Below the pieces are notes generated by a model. That model had not been told where the DNA came from, did not search any database, and saw only the letters and a list, made by a program, of their open reading frames with translations. Of a stretch of DNA of 64,000 nt, positions 15,669 through 34,440 are shown piece after piece (position 1 is the first letter of the stretch; each line of letters begins with the position of its first letter). A program made the position numbers and the translations under genes. Source of the stretch: the human T2T-CHM13v2.0 reference genome, Homo sapiens. The stretch lies in the NCBI RefSeq assembly GCF_009914755.1, contig NC_060939.1. One strand, given 5' to 3'.

Positions 15669-17099
15669 TAATTTTCCATATTTTGGATGTACCTTCGTTA
15701 TCTATAACCACACTGATGGATCAAAAATGGTTAGCCTCTTGAGGCTCTCCTTGATTTGTATAACAACATTACAAACAAGGACTAAAGCCTCCTTTTGTCT
15801 AATTCTGACCCGGTTCACAGACCAAGAGCCCTTTGAAAAAAGAGGAAGCTGGATACCCTTGAGGAACAAATAACTAAAATGCCACAAGTATGTACTCAGG
15901 GTCCAACTCCAGTTCATTTCTAATGGAATAAACAATTAACCAGCTAACTGTGTGGTGAGAAAAGAGAAGTACCCAGATTTTGGGAAGTACCCAGATACCT
16001 TAATTCACAGCAACCCAGAAAGCCACTGTTGTCCCCAGAGGATGTGGGGTCTTATAGGGCAAACTTTAGTCTTAAAACACACATGTAGAACTTCAAAGAC
16101 TTTTCCCTTACCAATGGAGTTATAGCTTCCCAAGTGCATCAACATATTTTTGCTTTGTTCTAGGTCAGTAGAAGACTTGAAAAAAAATGCTAGGCAGCAC
16201 ATACTGTTTATGACATTGTGTCACAGATGGGAAAGTAAAATCTGGGCATGTGAAAGGAATGTTAGCATCCATGGCTCAGGAGACCCCACTCCTCCACTTC
16301 CTTGATGCCTGTATTCCAGGTCTTTAGCAGTGAGCACTTTTTGCACAACAGCCCTGCCAATGAGAGAAGCTACAGCCTCTTACACACACACATACACACA
16401 CACACTTAGAAAAAGCAGGCACAGACTTAGTAAAATATCCTCATGGCATTTCCTAGATTCTAAGAAGTATGGCTTTTCAGGTATTAGCATTTCTGAAATT
16501 TGATGTATTCATTTTTATTTAATCAGTGTGTTTCTTTAAAGTGGCAGTCCTTACTTTTGCAAAAACAATTTTGTTATTAAATCAGTGGACATTTCATCCA
16601 GGCTTCTGGGAAAGCCATGCTATTCACAGGTTCTGTGTTGGGAGTGGCCCAATTTCCAACATTCAGAGAGTTCTCCAGCCTCAGGTCAGCCACTCAAGGA
16701 GAAGCTGGAGCTGTCTTCCCGCTGTCCCCATCTCCCTCCACTCCCTGGGCCTGCTTGACTCCTTTAGACATAATTAGACTCTTCTTATATCTTTTCAACT
16801 CAGAATGGGCAAGGTTCATGTTTTCATGAACAGTAGGACCAAATTGCATTGTGTGATAGTTTAAGGTTAGGTGGTTAACTGTGATGCAAAAATACATAAA
16901 AATCTGAAAAAAGTAAGCATTTTGATAACTTGTTTTTATAATCAGCCTAATTTTTAATCAAGTCTACTATTTAATTTATAATATAACATTATTAGTCAAT
17001 TTAGGGCAGTAAAATTTGTGTCATTTCTTTTTAGCCATAATTTACTAGAATTAACTTTCATTGGAATTTTTAAAAATCTAGAAAATACATACCTTTTCT

Positions 17100-18500
17100 A
17101 AATGTAGCACGAGTAGTAAATCAAATAATAACGATGAAAGTAATTTTGAAGACATGACAACCAAAAGAGTTTCTGCTAGATTGACTCAGAAGTATAATCC
17201 TTTACATACTGAGTTCAGTTGCACTGCTCTAATTAATTGAGAAGCACTAAAATTTGAATGTGTTATTTGCAGAGATATACTGGCTAATGTAAGCAATTCA
17301 CCGTCAAACTATAGGCAACATGCATACGCAACTCATAAAGACACACATTCACAATGAAAAGAATTGTTTGAAAGAAGGAATATTGAATTAAAAAGTTAAT
17401 GGAAGAAGATGTTCAATATTTCATATATGAAGAGTGAGTAGTACTTTTCAGGCTTCTTATCAAGTAGCACTTTGCATGACTAGGACAAAAAATTAAATTG
17501 TGGTGACATTAGCAAAAAACTTCATAAAAAATGTTTGCTTGGAAATGATGGGGGAATCTTGAGCAAAGAAGATACTGTGAAGACTGTTTTCCAATGAAAC
17601 TATAGATTAATGTATTTTAAAACTATCTAATTATGTGGAAGACCAATTTATGGTACAAATAAAGCCAGCAAACTATTTTTTAATGAAACCTGATGCACAG
17701 GTAACGCTAACAAAGCAATTCTTTTAGTATATGTGTTATTTGAGCATGATGGTAATATGAAAGTAGAATTTTTTTTTCCAACTTCATTACCATAAACAGA
17801 ACTCAGAACTGTATAAAATGATGATAGATTACACTGTCTATGTGGTTTGGAGATTAGGGGTAGAAGTATTTTTGATGCACAGATGTAATGACAGGTAAGC
17901 ATTCTGGAGTAGTTAATCCAGAGAAAAGAGCTGGGCCAGAATATAAACCAACATGCTGTTCCTTCATTGAGAAAGTCTTGCTATCAAACAAACAAACAAA
18001 AAAACCAGCTGAACCAATAGTGTCTTAGCAGCATAGTTAAAATTGTGAGTTACATAAAGGATTATGTGTTAAATGTGAGGCTATTCTGTGATCATATGGA
18101 AGCTAATCATAAACAAGTGGTGTTGTATGATGAGGTATGATGGTTGCTGAGTGGAGAATTCTGCAGAGAATAAACATTCTCTGCAAACACCAACTCCTGG
18201 TATTTCTGCAAGATAAGAAACTAATTTGGTCCCAGCTTTTTAAAGATGTCAGAATTGCTAACTTTTATGATATTCCCAATATGTGAAGTTATCTCACTAA
18301 TTTCACGCGAGGATGAAATGAAGTATTTTCAAATGCAGATAAGATGGAATGGCAAAATGGCAAAACAAGATGGAAGACTGGAAGGACAAAGTTTCTGCAG
18401 ATGGTTATGGCATGTTTCATAATTTCACAATTATCGATAGCATAGATGAAGACCTGGAAACTGCACAACTGCAAAATGTTCTCAGTAAATGATTGAAAGT
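17100..18500 (+). mobile_element. Decayed hAT-Charlie transposase region (Charlie7-like)
   Basis: Broken-frame motifs ECVICRDILAN (BED finger), ASYQVAL, AILLVYV.FEHDG, MTGKHSGVV, VKIV..IK; many stops. Confidence 0.7.
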
Positions 18501-19210
18501 AGATGAGCTTTGTGCAGGCAGAAATCTACTGTACAACTGGCAAGGGCGCCATGTGGAAGAAGTGCTTGGCTCACTGGGGGGTCTGAATGTAGATTTGCAC
18601 AGAATTTTTGAAGGGCAATTTGACAGTGTATATCAACATTTTAAAAGTATGTAATTTTGAAATATAATTTACAGAGAAGTGTATAAGACAGAAATGAAGA
18701 GCTCAGTGATTGGTCACAAAAGGAACACCCGTGTAACTTCTACCCAGGTCAAAATAACTAGTAGTATTTCACTTGTATTAATGGCAATCCATTTTGCCTT
18801 CTATTTGTCTAGTTGGAAAACACTCTTCCATTAACAAATCCAGTTTTTAAAATAACTGTAACTGAAATTCTGGCCAGTTCTATATAAACATTGCATTCCT
18901 TTGAAAAGTTCAATGGTTAAAAGAAATCAAAGTATTAAAAGGAAAAATAAATAAATACCAGCCGAAAGGTTTATAGGGGTAGTTGTCTGTGAAGAAGAAA
19001 AGGTAAGTTCTCACTGGAGCAGGAGTTGTGGGGTTGCAGAAAGTGGGTACAGCAAGAGTGGAGGAGTGAGAGGAAGGCTGGTGTGGAAATGGTCTGGCAA
19101 AGCATTTTAGAGAAGCGGTGGGGCTCAGGGAAAGCCCAGTGAGGCTGGATTTCAGAGTGGTTGGTAACAAAATTCCAAATTTGTGAAAACATAACTCTGA
19201 GTTTTAAATA

Positions 19211-20222
19211 CAGCTGATCCTTAAATGATGCAGGGGTTAGGGGTGCCTACCCCCTGCTCAGTCAAAAATCCATGTGTAACTTTTGACTCACCCAAAACTT
19301 AACTACTGATAGCCTTACTGATAACATAAACAGTCAATTAACACATATTTAGTATATTAGATATATTATATACTATATTCTTAAAGTAAGCTAGAACAAA
19401 AGAAAATGTTATTTAAAAAATCCTAAGGAAAATCCATTGACAGTACTCTACTATATTTATCTGTATTGTAAGTTAACTGTTTACAAGGTGAATTGTCTTT
19501 CTGAAATGGCAACCATAGCTGCAGACCTCAATCCACAGTACGTATCAAGCAATCTAACTTTTTCTTGTAATGTCATGAATTTTCTCTGCTTCTTGAGACA
19601 CTTCCAGCATCACTAGGGGCACTTTGTATGGATTCCATGGTGTGAGTCAAGGTTTACAGTATTGAACTAAACATAATGAAAGCTATGTGAGAACCATGAG
19701 AGATCACATGTACTGTGGTTCCAATGGTCTGCAGGGAGAAACTGCTCACCTGGAGATGACCTGCATCACTTGAGTTAAGCAGATACTCACGACAGTTGAG
19801 CTCCCCACAATAGCAACAGGAGGTGGCTATGAAGTTTTTACAGTAGTACAGTATATACCACAGTTCATTTGGTGCATTACGATTTAATACTGCATCTTAT
19901 ATTTGTTTACATTTCTCTTGACTGAATTGTGTCATCTACCGTCTGTAAGTGTGTGCATAAGTTTTTATAAATTTTAACATATTATAATGGACTCATTTTA
20001 TGGTAATAAATGATAAAATGGACCAATATCGACGTATATTTTATACATTTATGACATACTTAACTTTCTTAATTTTTTCATTATTTTTAAGCTACATGGT
20101 TCACATCAAAGTTTTTTCAAATTGTTGGAAATGTAGAACACATTTTCTAATGTATTTATTTTAAAAACCCACATAGAAGTGGACTCATGTAGTTCAAATC
20201 TGTGTTGTTGAGGGGTTAACTG
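19211..20222. mobile_element. Tigger2-family element (Tigger2b-like, about 1 kb)
   Basis: Inverted termini TA|CAGCTGATCCTT... and ...GAGGGGTTAACTG; internal aacttttgactcacccaaaacttaactact. Confidence 0.85.
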
Positions 20223-20954
20223 TTTATCAAATGATCCCTCCCACCAGCCCACACACTGAGGATACATGCCAAGTCTATCATATCTAAGTCTCATTCTCAT
20301 TCCAGCTTGTTATATTTGAGCAAGCAGCCAGGTGGTCACAGGTGTTAGGACTGAGTAGAAAAATAATCTGGAGCATGGACCACAGAGGCTGTGCTTTTTA
20401 TCTAGTGCCTAAAAGAGTCTACTGTCCATATCAGTGGCAATGTATTAAATTACATTACAAATTAGTAAACAAATGAAAAAAAAGTCAAACTGTTTAAGCC
20501 AAAACATTCAGCCTTTTGGAAAGATAACAAAAATTCAAACATGTTTCCTTAGGGTCCTACTGTGAGCTAGATTAGAATTTTGTAAATTAAAATTAGAATA
20601 ATACAGGCACCTCAATTTGTTATGTTTTAACAATGAAAATAAAGAAACTGCTTATTAAATTGTTCTTTAGTGAATGTGAGTTTGTATTGTAACTCTATGA
20701 CATATTTCCTACTCTATAGAGAGAAGATCATAAACCCATAAATGTCTGTCCTTGAAAGCAGAGAGAGAACATGTGCTTCATGATAGCACCAGGCCAGACT
20801 GCATCTGTGAAGAATATAGAAAAGTTTGCAAAGGTGTATCCCTTCATTGGGTATGTAAAACACCTCTACCTGTTAATGTCATTAACTGCAGTTTGGGTCA
20901 CTCCAAAGCATATTATTTCTAGACAGACAACATACAGTGTCTTTAGAATGTAAA

Positions 20955-21162
20955 CACTGGACAACACAGCAAGACCCTGTCTCTACAAAAAATTAAAAAG
21001 TTAGCTGGGTGTGGTAGCATGCACCTGTAGTCCTAGCTACTCAGGAGGCTGAGGCAAGAGGATCTTTTGAGCCCAAGAGTTTGAGGCTGCAATGAGCTAT
21101 GATCACAACACTGCACTCTAGCCTGGGCAACAGAGTGAGACCCTGTCTGTATATTAAAAAAA
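20955..21162 (+). mobile_element. 5'-truncated AluJ/FRAM
   Basis: Linker, right arm and short A tail. Confidence 0.88.
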
Positions 21163-21249
21163 GAATATAAAGACTGGATCTAGATAGAATTGGCTTTATG
21201 TATTACACATATCAGATAAAAAAACCTTCAAAAGGTACATTTTTATAAA

Positions 21250-21555
21250 ATTATTTTTGTGCTAAACAGTATAAAATGTATCATCTTAACCATTTTTAAG
21301 TGTGAAGTTCAGTAGTGTCAGCTATTTTCATATTGTTGTGCAACAGATTTCTAAAAGCTTTTTCATCTTGCAAAACTGAAGCTCTATACCTATTAAACAG
21401 CAACTCCCCCTCTCCCCTTTCCCCAGTCCCTAGCAACCACAATTCTGCTTGTTTCTAAGAGTCTGGTTTCTTTAAAACCACATTTAAGTGGAATCATGTA
21501 GTATTTGTCTTTTTGTGACTGTCTTATTTCACTTAGCGTAATGTTCCCAAGATTT
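21250..21555 (-). mobile_element. L1MB-like 3' end
   Basis: catcttaaccatttttaagtgt...tttcatcttgcaaaactgaa...ttatttcacttagc. Confidence 0.8.
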
Positions 21556-21992
21556 GACCTAGAACAAACTGCTGAATGTGCTTATTACAGTATCTGTATG
21601 CCTTTTGGTGGGAAAATGTTGAAAAAAAAAAAAAACAAAAAAAAAAAAGACAGCTGGTAACACTGCAATGCCCAACGCCCAATTCCAAAGCTCCTTAAAT
21701 ATTCCTTGCAGAGTTAATGTTTTGGAGCAGTGCTTCTGGCAGGCCTCTTCTCACTTTTTGTTTTGTTAGGGGGCAGTTGATGGCATACCTAATATATTCA
21801 ACATCCCCGATCCTCTATAGGGCAAGATTACCTTCTGTAATAATCAGTAATAATGATTCTCTTGATTTGTTCTTTAGTTTTATAACAACTACTAAAAGAG
21901 TATACATTTTAAAGATATTTCACATATGAAATAAAATTTGTGTTAACAACAAAAATATATCTCACAATTTGCCCTACTTTACTGTTTCCAAC

Positions 21993-22302
21993 TTTATTAT
22001 TTTTTTCCTTTTATTTTTTGAGATGGAGTCTTGCTCCGTCACCCAGGTTGGAGTGCGGTGGCATGATCTCGGCTAACTGCAACCTCTGCCTCTCAAGTTT
22101 AAGTGATTCTCTTACCTCAGTCTTCCAAAGTAGCTGGAATTACAGGCACATGTCACCATGCCCAGCTAGTTTTTGTATTTTTAGTAGAGATGGGTTTTTG
22201 CTGCGTTGGCCAGGCTGGTCTCAAACTCCTGACCTCAGGTGATCTGCCTGCCTCAGCCTCCCAAAGTGCTGGAATTACAGGCATGAGCCACCGCACCTGG
22301 CC
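21993..22302 (-). mobile_element. AluS
   Basis: Antisense dimer. Confidence 0.95.
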
Positions 22303-22534
22303 TGTTTTCAACTTTAAATACAAATGAAAACGCTAAGAGGTCACAAAGACTGACATGATTGAAGTAACTCAGGTTTTGCTTCTTCATCTATAAGGCTGTG
22401 CCATCATTGCTGATGTCAAATCTACCATCTCAATGCAGGAATGTGTTTATCACTTGAGCCGGATTCAGGCACACACTGTGCCAGACAGCTGGAACAATTC
22501 TCAAGTATAAGCGGTAAACAGATGTACTAATTGA

Positions 22535-22951
<417 letters not shown>

Positions 22952-23508
22952 TGACATTTTTTATAATTGCCAGGGAGTAGTGACAATAAAAAGTAGGTCA
23001 ACTTTCCATTGGTTTTGTTACTTTATAAATTTTTTTTCGATGTTCCCTCTTGCCTGCACCACGGGCAGGCTTACCTTGTTCTTGGCACTCCACCCTCTTG
23101 AATGTCTTACATTTTGCCACTTTAGTGGCAAAATGACTCCTCCCACCTCATCAGAGCTGCCACGGCCAGAACTCACTTTCACAGAGGGCCTTGAATTTAG
23201 AATGTGGACATGCCATTTATATGAGGCTATTTCTGTAGTCAGAGACAGACCAACAAGAATGAAGGAAGGAGATGTTCACCTTACAATGTTTAACTTATGC
23301 CGTTAGTGGACTGCTATGTGTAAATTAATATTGTTAAAAACTCTGAGATTATTTTTATAAATAGCACAAGTATAATAAATTGTACATTTGGGGTGTTTTA
23401 AATGGGTTAATTTAAAAAATTTAAATGTTAAAACAGATCGCAACTTTTATAACCATTTTGCCATTTCTACAAAATGACAAAGTAATAGATGCCATTGAGC
23501 CTGTTTGC

Positions 23509-23628
23509 ACTGCTAAAGCAACCAACCCTCTGGGTTGCACAGAACTACAGGATTTCACGGGATGCAGGGCTGTCAGTGCTAAAACCCAGACAGTCCTGTC
23601 CAGGTAAACCAGGATGGTTGGTTACTGA
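23509..23628. mobile_element. MER81-like hAT-Blackjack MITE
   Basis: accaacc...cagtgctaaaacc...aaaccaggatggttggttac with degenerate inverted ends. Confidence 0.6.
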
Positions 23629-25181
23629 CGTAGGCCCTTCAGAGTACAGCACACCCTAATCTTAGAGGATGCCTGGTTTCTTACTGCTGAGTCTGGAGAT
23701 TTTTTCTGGTAAAGAACAGAAGATAGATGTTTTCCCTTCATGCTGAAACAGGCACTCAAACTAGAAGAGTTCAGCTTAGAGGAACGGAGGCCTCCACAAC
23801 CCTCTGCCCACATCTTTCTAAACCAATCTCTAACTCAAATAGACTACCGGACAACAACAACAACAAATGCAATTACATAATGTCCTTTATATAACTCAGA
23901 GTAGAGTGTTTTATAAACTAAAATCAAAATGGCCATAGAAAATTTGCAATTTTCTTTCTGACCTGAGAGAGACTTACCTTTCTCAAAATTACCTGGAGGC
24001 TGTTGCCACACCTCTGTGGCATAAATTCAGAAAGCCCTAGATTTGGGGTTCCAGGGCTGAAATGTAAGTATCCAGAGATCTAAGAAATATTTTTGAATAT
24101 GGAACGAAATAAAAGGTTCAGAGAGTATTACAGCCCTGCTGAAACTGTACCCCAAGTGAATCGCATTACTAAAAAATCAATACACATTACCAACAGCCAA
24201 ACTACTGTATTGTTGGAGGTTTAGTGCTGAAACAAATAATAGTAAAAGAGAATAGTGGTGTTTCTCATAGATTGCATGTTGTCCTTTAACCAATGGCATG
24301 GTCTGCAGAATCTATAAATAATGATTTATAGTAGAACTTAAGTCTTGAAATAAAGTCATTTGTGATCAAGTTTGATTAACATATTTGCCTGTTGCTACTT
24401 GAAAAACAAAACTAAACCAAATCAAAACAAAAAAGACTTCTAGACCTGAAAGAAAAGAATCAAAATGGTAAAATAAACAAAAAAGTTACGGCAGCTTCAT
24501 TAATTAACCACTTAAGACTTGGCCATTCACAGCACCAGTGAGATTTCAACTGCAAGGTCAGTTAAAACAAAGGCAATTGGAGCTCATGAATGACTGAAAA
24601 TAGATTACTTTTATCAAAGTGGAGAGTCAGATAAAAAGTCTCACCAAAAGGATGTGGGGAAGACAGTAATCATGTCTGCATTTGTGGAAAAGTAAACGGA
24701 TACAAGCTTTTTGGAGGGCAATTTGACCCCATATACAGAATTTTAAATACGCATATACTCTGATTGAGTAAGGTCATTTCTGAGAACCCAGCACACTGAA
24801 TATTTACACAAATTTGCAAAAATATATGAACAAGGAAAGCTTATTGCTGAATATCTGTAACATTTGTAATAGTTAAAAGTTGACAACCTAGATATTTAAC
24901 AATAGAGTTAAAAACTTCATTGAGGTGTTTTGTATACACTGACATGGAAGTAAGTTGGGAATAAACTGGGGAGAAGAAAACAAGTTACAGGCATGTACAG
25001 TATTAAAATAAGTTAAAAAATAAAACAATCTGAATACATGTGTATATGTATGCTCATAAATAATACAGGAAATACTATATTCCCAGCAAATTGTCAAGGG
25101 TGGTTAGTACTTGGGAATGGGACTGGAAGTATTTCATTTGAATTTTTTTAGGGTGTGCTTATATTAGTTTCTGTTTTTTAA

Positions 25182-25594
<413 letters not shown>

Positions 25595-26995
25595 TAAGAG
25601 ACAAAAAGCAGTGGTGACTGCCACTGGTGACAAACCAGGCTCTCCACACCATCTCAGAAAACAAATGAACAAACAAACACCTTATCTATCCTACTATATT
25701 TTGAGGAAAAGGGTTCACTTAGGTAATATTAAAGTCACTTATCAAATAAAGCTAATATATTGTCTAAAGAACTAAAGTTATGTGTTTGGGCCTATTCATA
25801 TTGCTCTATTTTAAATATGGAGGATAAAAAGAATAAAGAATGCTTTTCCTTCTTCCCTAAGTTATTTCTTACTCTCTTGGGTTTTCCCAAGCCTACATCT
25901 GTCTCTCTCTAGACACCATCCAAGTAAATTTTCAGATATTTTTAAAACAGGAAGCAGAAGCTGTCTGTGAATGGCTCTAAAATAAATGTTATTTCTGGAA
26001 GGTTCCAAATGGCCTGGGGGAGTGAAGTGGGACTAATAGAAACAAATTTGATAAAGTTGCATGGTACAAGATCAAAACACAAAATTTAGCCATATTTCTA
26101 TATATAAGCAATGAACAATTTGAACAGAAAATTGAGAGAGGACAATTACATTTACAATAGCATCAAAAAATAAAATACCTAGGAATAAATTTTACCAAAA
26201 AGGTGAAAGACTTGTACACTAAAAACTATAAAACACTGCTGAAAGAAATTTAAAAAGACCTAAATAAATGAAAAGACAACTGTGTTCATGGATCATAACA
26301 CACAGAGAGCCCTGAAGAGCTGAAACAATCTTGAAAAAGTTGCAGGACTCACACTTTTAGATTTCAAAACTTACTACACAGCTACAGTAATCAAAACTGT
26401 GATACTGCCATAAGAATAGACATATAGGCCAGTGGAATGAAATCAAGAGTTGAGAAATAAGCCCACACATCTATGGCCAATTGATTTTTGGCAAGAGTGC
26501 CAAGACTGTTCAATAGGGAAAGAACAGTGTTTCAACTAATGGTGCTGGGACAACTGGCTGTCCATATGCAAAAGAATTAAGTTGGATCCCTACCTCACAC
26601 CATATTTTAAAAATCAACTTAAAATGGATCAACAATCTAAATATAAAGGCTAAAACTATAAAATCCTTAGAAGAAAACAGAGGTATATCTTCATGACTTT
26701 AGATCTGGCAATGGGTTCATAAATATGATATCAGAAGCATGAGCAACCAGAGGAAAAATATAGACAAATTGGACTTCATCAAAATTAAAAACTTTTGCGC
26801 ATTAAAGACGTTATTTAGAAAGAGAAAAGACAACCCATAGAATGGGGGAAAATATCTGCAAACCATATCCCTGATAAGAGTCTACTGTCTAGAATATATA
26901 AAGAATTCTTGCAACTCAACAACAAAAAGAGAAAAAACCCAATTAAAAAATGGGGAAAAAACTTGAACACACATTTCTCCAAAGAGGATATATAA

Positions 26996-30070
<3,075 letters not shown>

Positions 30071-30671
30071 GAAACTTCACACCCCTTACAGTAACTATAA
30101 TTAAAACAAACAAACCAGAAAATAAGGAGTCTTGGTAAGGATGTGAAAAAAACCAAACCCTTGTATATTGCTAGTGGGAATGCAAAATGTCTAGCTGTTG
30201 TGGAAAAGTTTGGCGATTCCTCAAAAAGTAACATACAGAATTTCAGTTTGATCCAGTAGTTTCAAATAATAGTCCCAATAATTGAAAACAGATACTCAGA
30301 CAAATACATTTACGTGCATGTCCACAGCAGCACTATTCACGACAGCTGAAAGGTTGGAAAAAACCCAAATGTCCATCAACAGATAAAAGGATAAACAAAT
30401 TGTGGTACACACATATAATGGAATGTTATTTTACCATAAGAATTAAATGCTGATACATGCTACAATGTGAATGAACCTCAAAAATAATATGCTAAGTGAA
30501 AGAAGCCAGTCACAAAAGCCTACATATTGTATCAGTCCATTTATATAAAATATTAACAATAGGCAAATCCAAAGAGACAAAGCAGATTGTTGTTTTCCAG
30601 GGGATGCAATGAGAGGGAAATGAGAAATAACTGCTTACCAGGTATGGAGTTTTCTTTTGGGGAGATAAAAT

Positions 30672-30800
30672 GTTTGTTTGTAAAAATGGAGTCTCACTGT
30701 GTTGCCCAGGCTGGTCTTGGACTCATGGGATCAAGTGATCCTCCTTCCTAGGCCTCTCAAAGTGCTGGGATTACAGGCATGAGCCACCATACCCCACCAA
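30672..30800 (-). mobile_element. FLAM / Alu monomer
   Basis: Single left-arm monomer. Confidence 0.85.
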
Positions 30801-31177
30801 TAAAGTGTTTTGAAACTAGATCGGAGGAGTAATTACACAACATTGTGAATGTACTAAATGCCACCAAATTGTGCACTTTAAAATGGCTAATTTTATGTAT
30901 GTGACGTTCACCTCAGTTAAAAAAAATAAGCATCAATGAGATGCTGACTTCTACTCTTCTTCAATCAACTACTCAGAGTAAGAGTAAGGAGTAAGGGGAA
31001 AAAAGCCCTAAAAATCGGGTCTGCCTTTGTGTGGTCACTACTAAACCTTCTCTAGGCTGCACTGACCACCTCAGAGACCACTAGCAGTATTTGCCAATTT
31101 CAACATCAAAAATTAAGCATTTATTCTCTGTGATGGTAAATATAGTTCACTGACATTGAAATAAAATGAAAGTGGTG

Positions 31178-31479
31178 GGCTGGGTGTGGTGGCTCATGCC
31201 TGTAATCCCAGCACTTTTGGAGGCCAAGGCCGGTGGGTCACTTGAGACCAGGAGTTCAAGACCAGCCTGGCCAACATGGCAAAACCCCATCTCTACTAAA
31301 AATACAAAAATTAGCTGGGCGTGGTGGTACATGCCTGTAATCCCAGCTACTCGGGAGGCTGAGGCAGGAGAATCACTTGAATCTGGGAGGTGGAGGTTGC
31401 ATTAAGCCAAGATTGTGCCATTGCACACCAGCGTGGGCAACAGAGCAAGACTCTGTTTCAAAAAAAAAAAAAAAAAAAA
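31178..31479 (+). mobile_element. AluS
   Basis: Full dimer and poly-A. Confidence 0.95.
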
Positions 31480-31750
31480 GATGTGGAAAGTTCTTCATCT
31501 TCGTTCAAACTCTACTTACTAGAGCCACCTGCTGCATTTGTCCCCCTACAGTACAGGGCTTCTCAGCCCTAGTTGTGTATTAGAGTTAATTATCTAAAAT
31601 CTTTTGTACTCTATTTTTTTAAAAATCCCAATGTCCAGACTCCACCTGAAAAATTCTGATTCAATTGGTTGGGGATAGAGCTTTTTTTTAAATTAAACTT
31701 TTGAAATAATTGTAGATTCATATGTATTTGTGTAGAAAATAATACAGTGA

Positions 31751-32171
<421 letters not shown>

Positions 32172-33179
32172 TAATAAAGGCACAAAACATTTCCATCACC
32201 AAAGGATCCCTTGTGTAGCCCATTTTTAACCACACCTCCTTACCTCCCACTTCTCTTTCCTCTCCCATCTCCTACCCTCACAACAACTAACCTTACTTTA
32301 TTTCTATAATTGTCATTTTAAGAATGTTATATAAATAGAATCATACAATATGTAATCTTTGGGGATTGACTTTTTTCACTCAGCGTCATTCACTGAAGGT
32401 TCATCTAAGTCATTGCATGTATCGTTGCATGTATCAAAAGTTCATTTCTTTCATTGCTGAATAGTAGTCCATGGTGTGGGTGCATCACAGTGTGTATAAC
32501 CATTTGCCCACTGAAGGACAGCTCAGTTGCTTCCAGATTTTTTTTTGGTTATGATGAATAAAGCTGCTATGATTACTCATGTATAGGTTTTTGTGTGGGC
32601 ATAAGTTTTCATTTTCTTGGAGAAGTGCCCAAGAGTGCAATTGTTGAGTTGTATGGTTTTTGCATATTTAGTTTCATAAGAAAATGCCAAACTGCCTTGC
32701 AGAGGTGGCTGCTGGAATAAATCCACCAGCAATTTATAAGTGATCCAGTTTCTCTGCATCCTCAACAGCATTTGGTGTTGTCACTATTTTCATTTTAGTC
32801 ATCCTGATATGTGTGTAGTGATAACTCATGTAGTTTTAATTCACATTTCCCTGGTGGCTAACGATGCTGAACACCTTTTCATGTGCATTATTTGCATCTG
32901 TGTATTCTCTTCAGTGAATGTCTGTCTTTTGCCCATTTTCTAACTGATACTTCTCACTGTTGAGTTTTGAGAATTCTCTATATTCTAGACACTAGTCCTT
33001 TGTCAGATTTGTGGTTTGCAGATTTTAAAAGAAATTTGTAATTTGTCTTTCATCCTAACAGGGTCTTTCTCAGAGCAAACATTTTAAATTGTGATGCAGT
33101 CCAATTTATCAGTTTTATGAATTATGCTTTTGTTGTCAAGTCTAAAAACTTTTTGCCTAATCATAGATCCTGAAGATTT

Positions 33180-33810
33180 CAAAACCCAGGTGTTAATTTG
33201 ATCAGGTCTGCCTACCCTGCTTGGTTTTTTTGGTCGCTTGCTTCTTGTTATTTTTTTTCCTTCCTTTTTCCATGAAGCTGAAGGCCTCAGTAGCTGAAGC
33301 CCTTGCTGCTGCACACTGAAATTTATCCTTCCTTGGCTCCTTTATCGGTAACTCATGGGTCACCATGGTAATGGTCACTTCAGTTGTTTTTCAGGAACTT
33401 GGGCCAGCTCCTGTCCAGTTTGAACTGGTTGAGGCCACTGCCCCTTCAACTGGGCTTGTGCAGGTGCTGGAGAGGTGGCCTTTTGATGTTAGAGGGCCAA
33501 AGCTTCTCCCTCGGATCATGCTAATGCTGGCATTTTCTGTGCATATGTTCCATGAAATGACACTTGTGCAGAACCTGCCACTTCATTTTTCCCCCACTGT
33601 CAATCACCTTTCCCCACACCTTAGACCACCCCACTTCCCTAACCCATAAATATCCCTAAGCCTCATCTTTGGGGAGGCAGATTTGAGAGCTGGTCTCCCA
33701 CCTCCTCACCTGGCAGCTTTGTAAATAAATATTTTGTCTTTTGCAAATCCAGGTGACTGTGACTGACTTACTGTGCATGGGCAGAACAGACCTGGACCTG
33801 GCTGATAACA
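33180..33810 (+). mobile_element. ERV1-class solo LTR (MER72-like, subfamily uncertain)
   Basis: Interrupts the L1 (gaagattt|...|attttctcct); TATA-like cataaata, AATAAA at about 33724, terminal ...ataaca. Confidence 0.65.
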
Positions 33811-34224
33811 ATTTTCTCCTATTTTTCTCTTAAAGTTTTATGGATTTATACCTGTGATCCATTTTGAGTTAATTTTTATATAAAGTGTGAAATTTAGGTT
33901 GATGTTCATGTTTTTACCTGTGCACATCCAATTGCTCCAGTACCATTTATTGAAAAGGCAATCCTTCCTTTATTTAATTGCATTTGCATTTTGTGAAAAA
34001 TCACTTGGACATATTTGTGTAGTCTATTTCTGGATTTTTCTATTCTGTTCCATTGATACATGTGTCTACTCCTCTGCCAATACCACACAGTCTTGATTAT
34101 TGGTTATGTTTAAAAAGTTTCTGAACTAATTCTCAGTGTGGCCTGAGAACCATTTCTGAAGCTAGAAGAAAGTCTCCAAGAGACTGACTAGTCCAATTAT
34201 CCCCTGTAATCCACAAAGGTATAG

Positions 34225-34440
34225 TCAAAGTGTGCTGTACTGAGAGTCAAAAGACCTGGGTCTTGTAGTCTCAGCTCATCAGGATGTGGCTGAGTGACCT
34301 GGCTAGGTCTTTTAGTCTGAGTCCCAGTTTTCTCACCTGTGGAACTGGGATGCTCATACAGCACTTGTTTAGCCTACCCTCCCAGTATGCTTGTGAGTGT
34401 AAAAGGAAATATATTTGATCTATATGTAAGGTTTAGACTT
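34225..34440 (+). mobile_element. MIR
   Basis: agtcaaaagacctgggt...tgagtcccagttttctcacctgt core. Confidence 0.65.
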
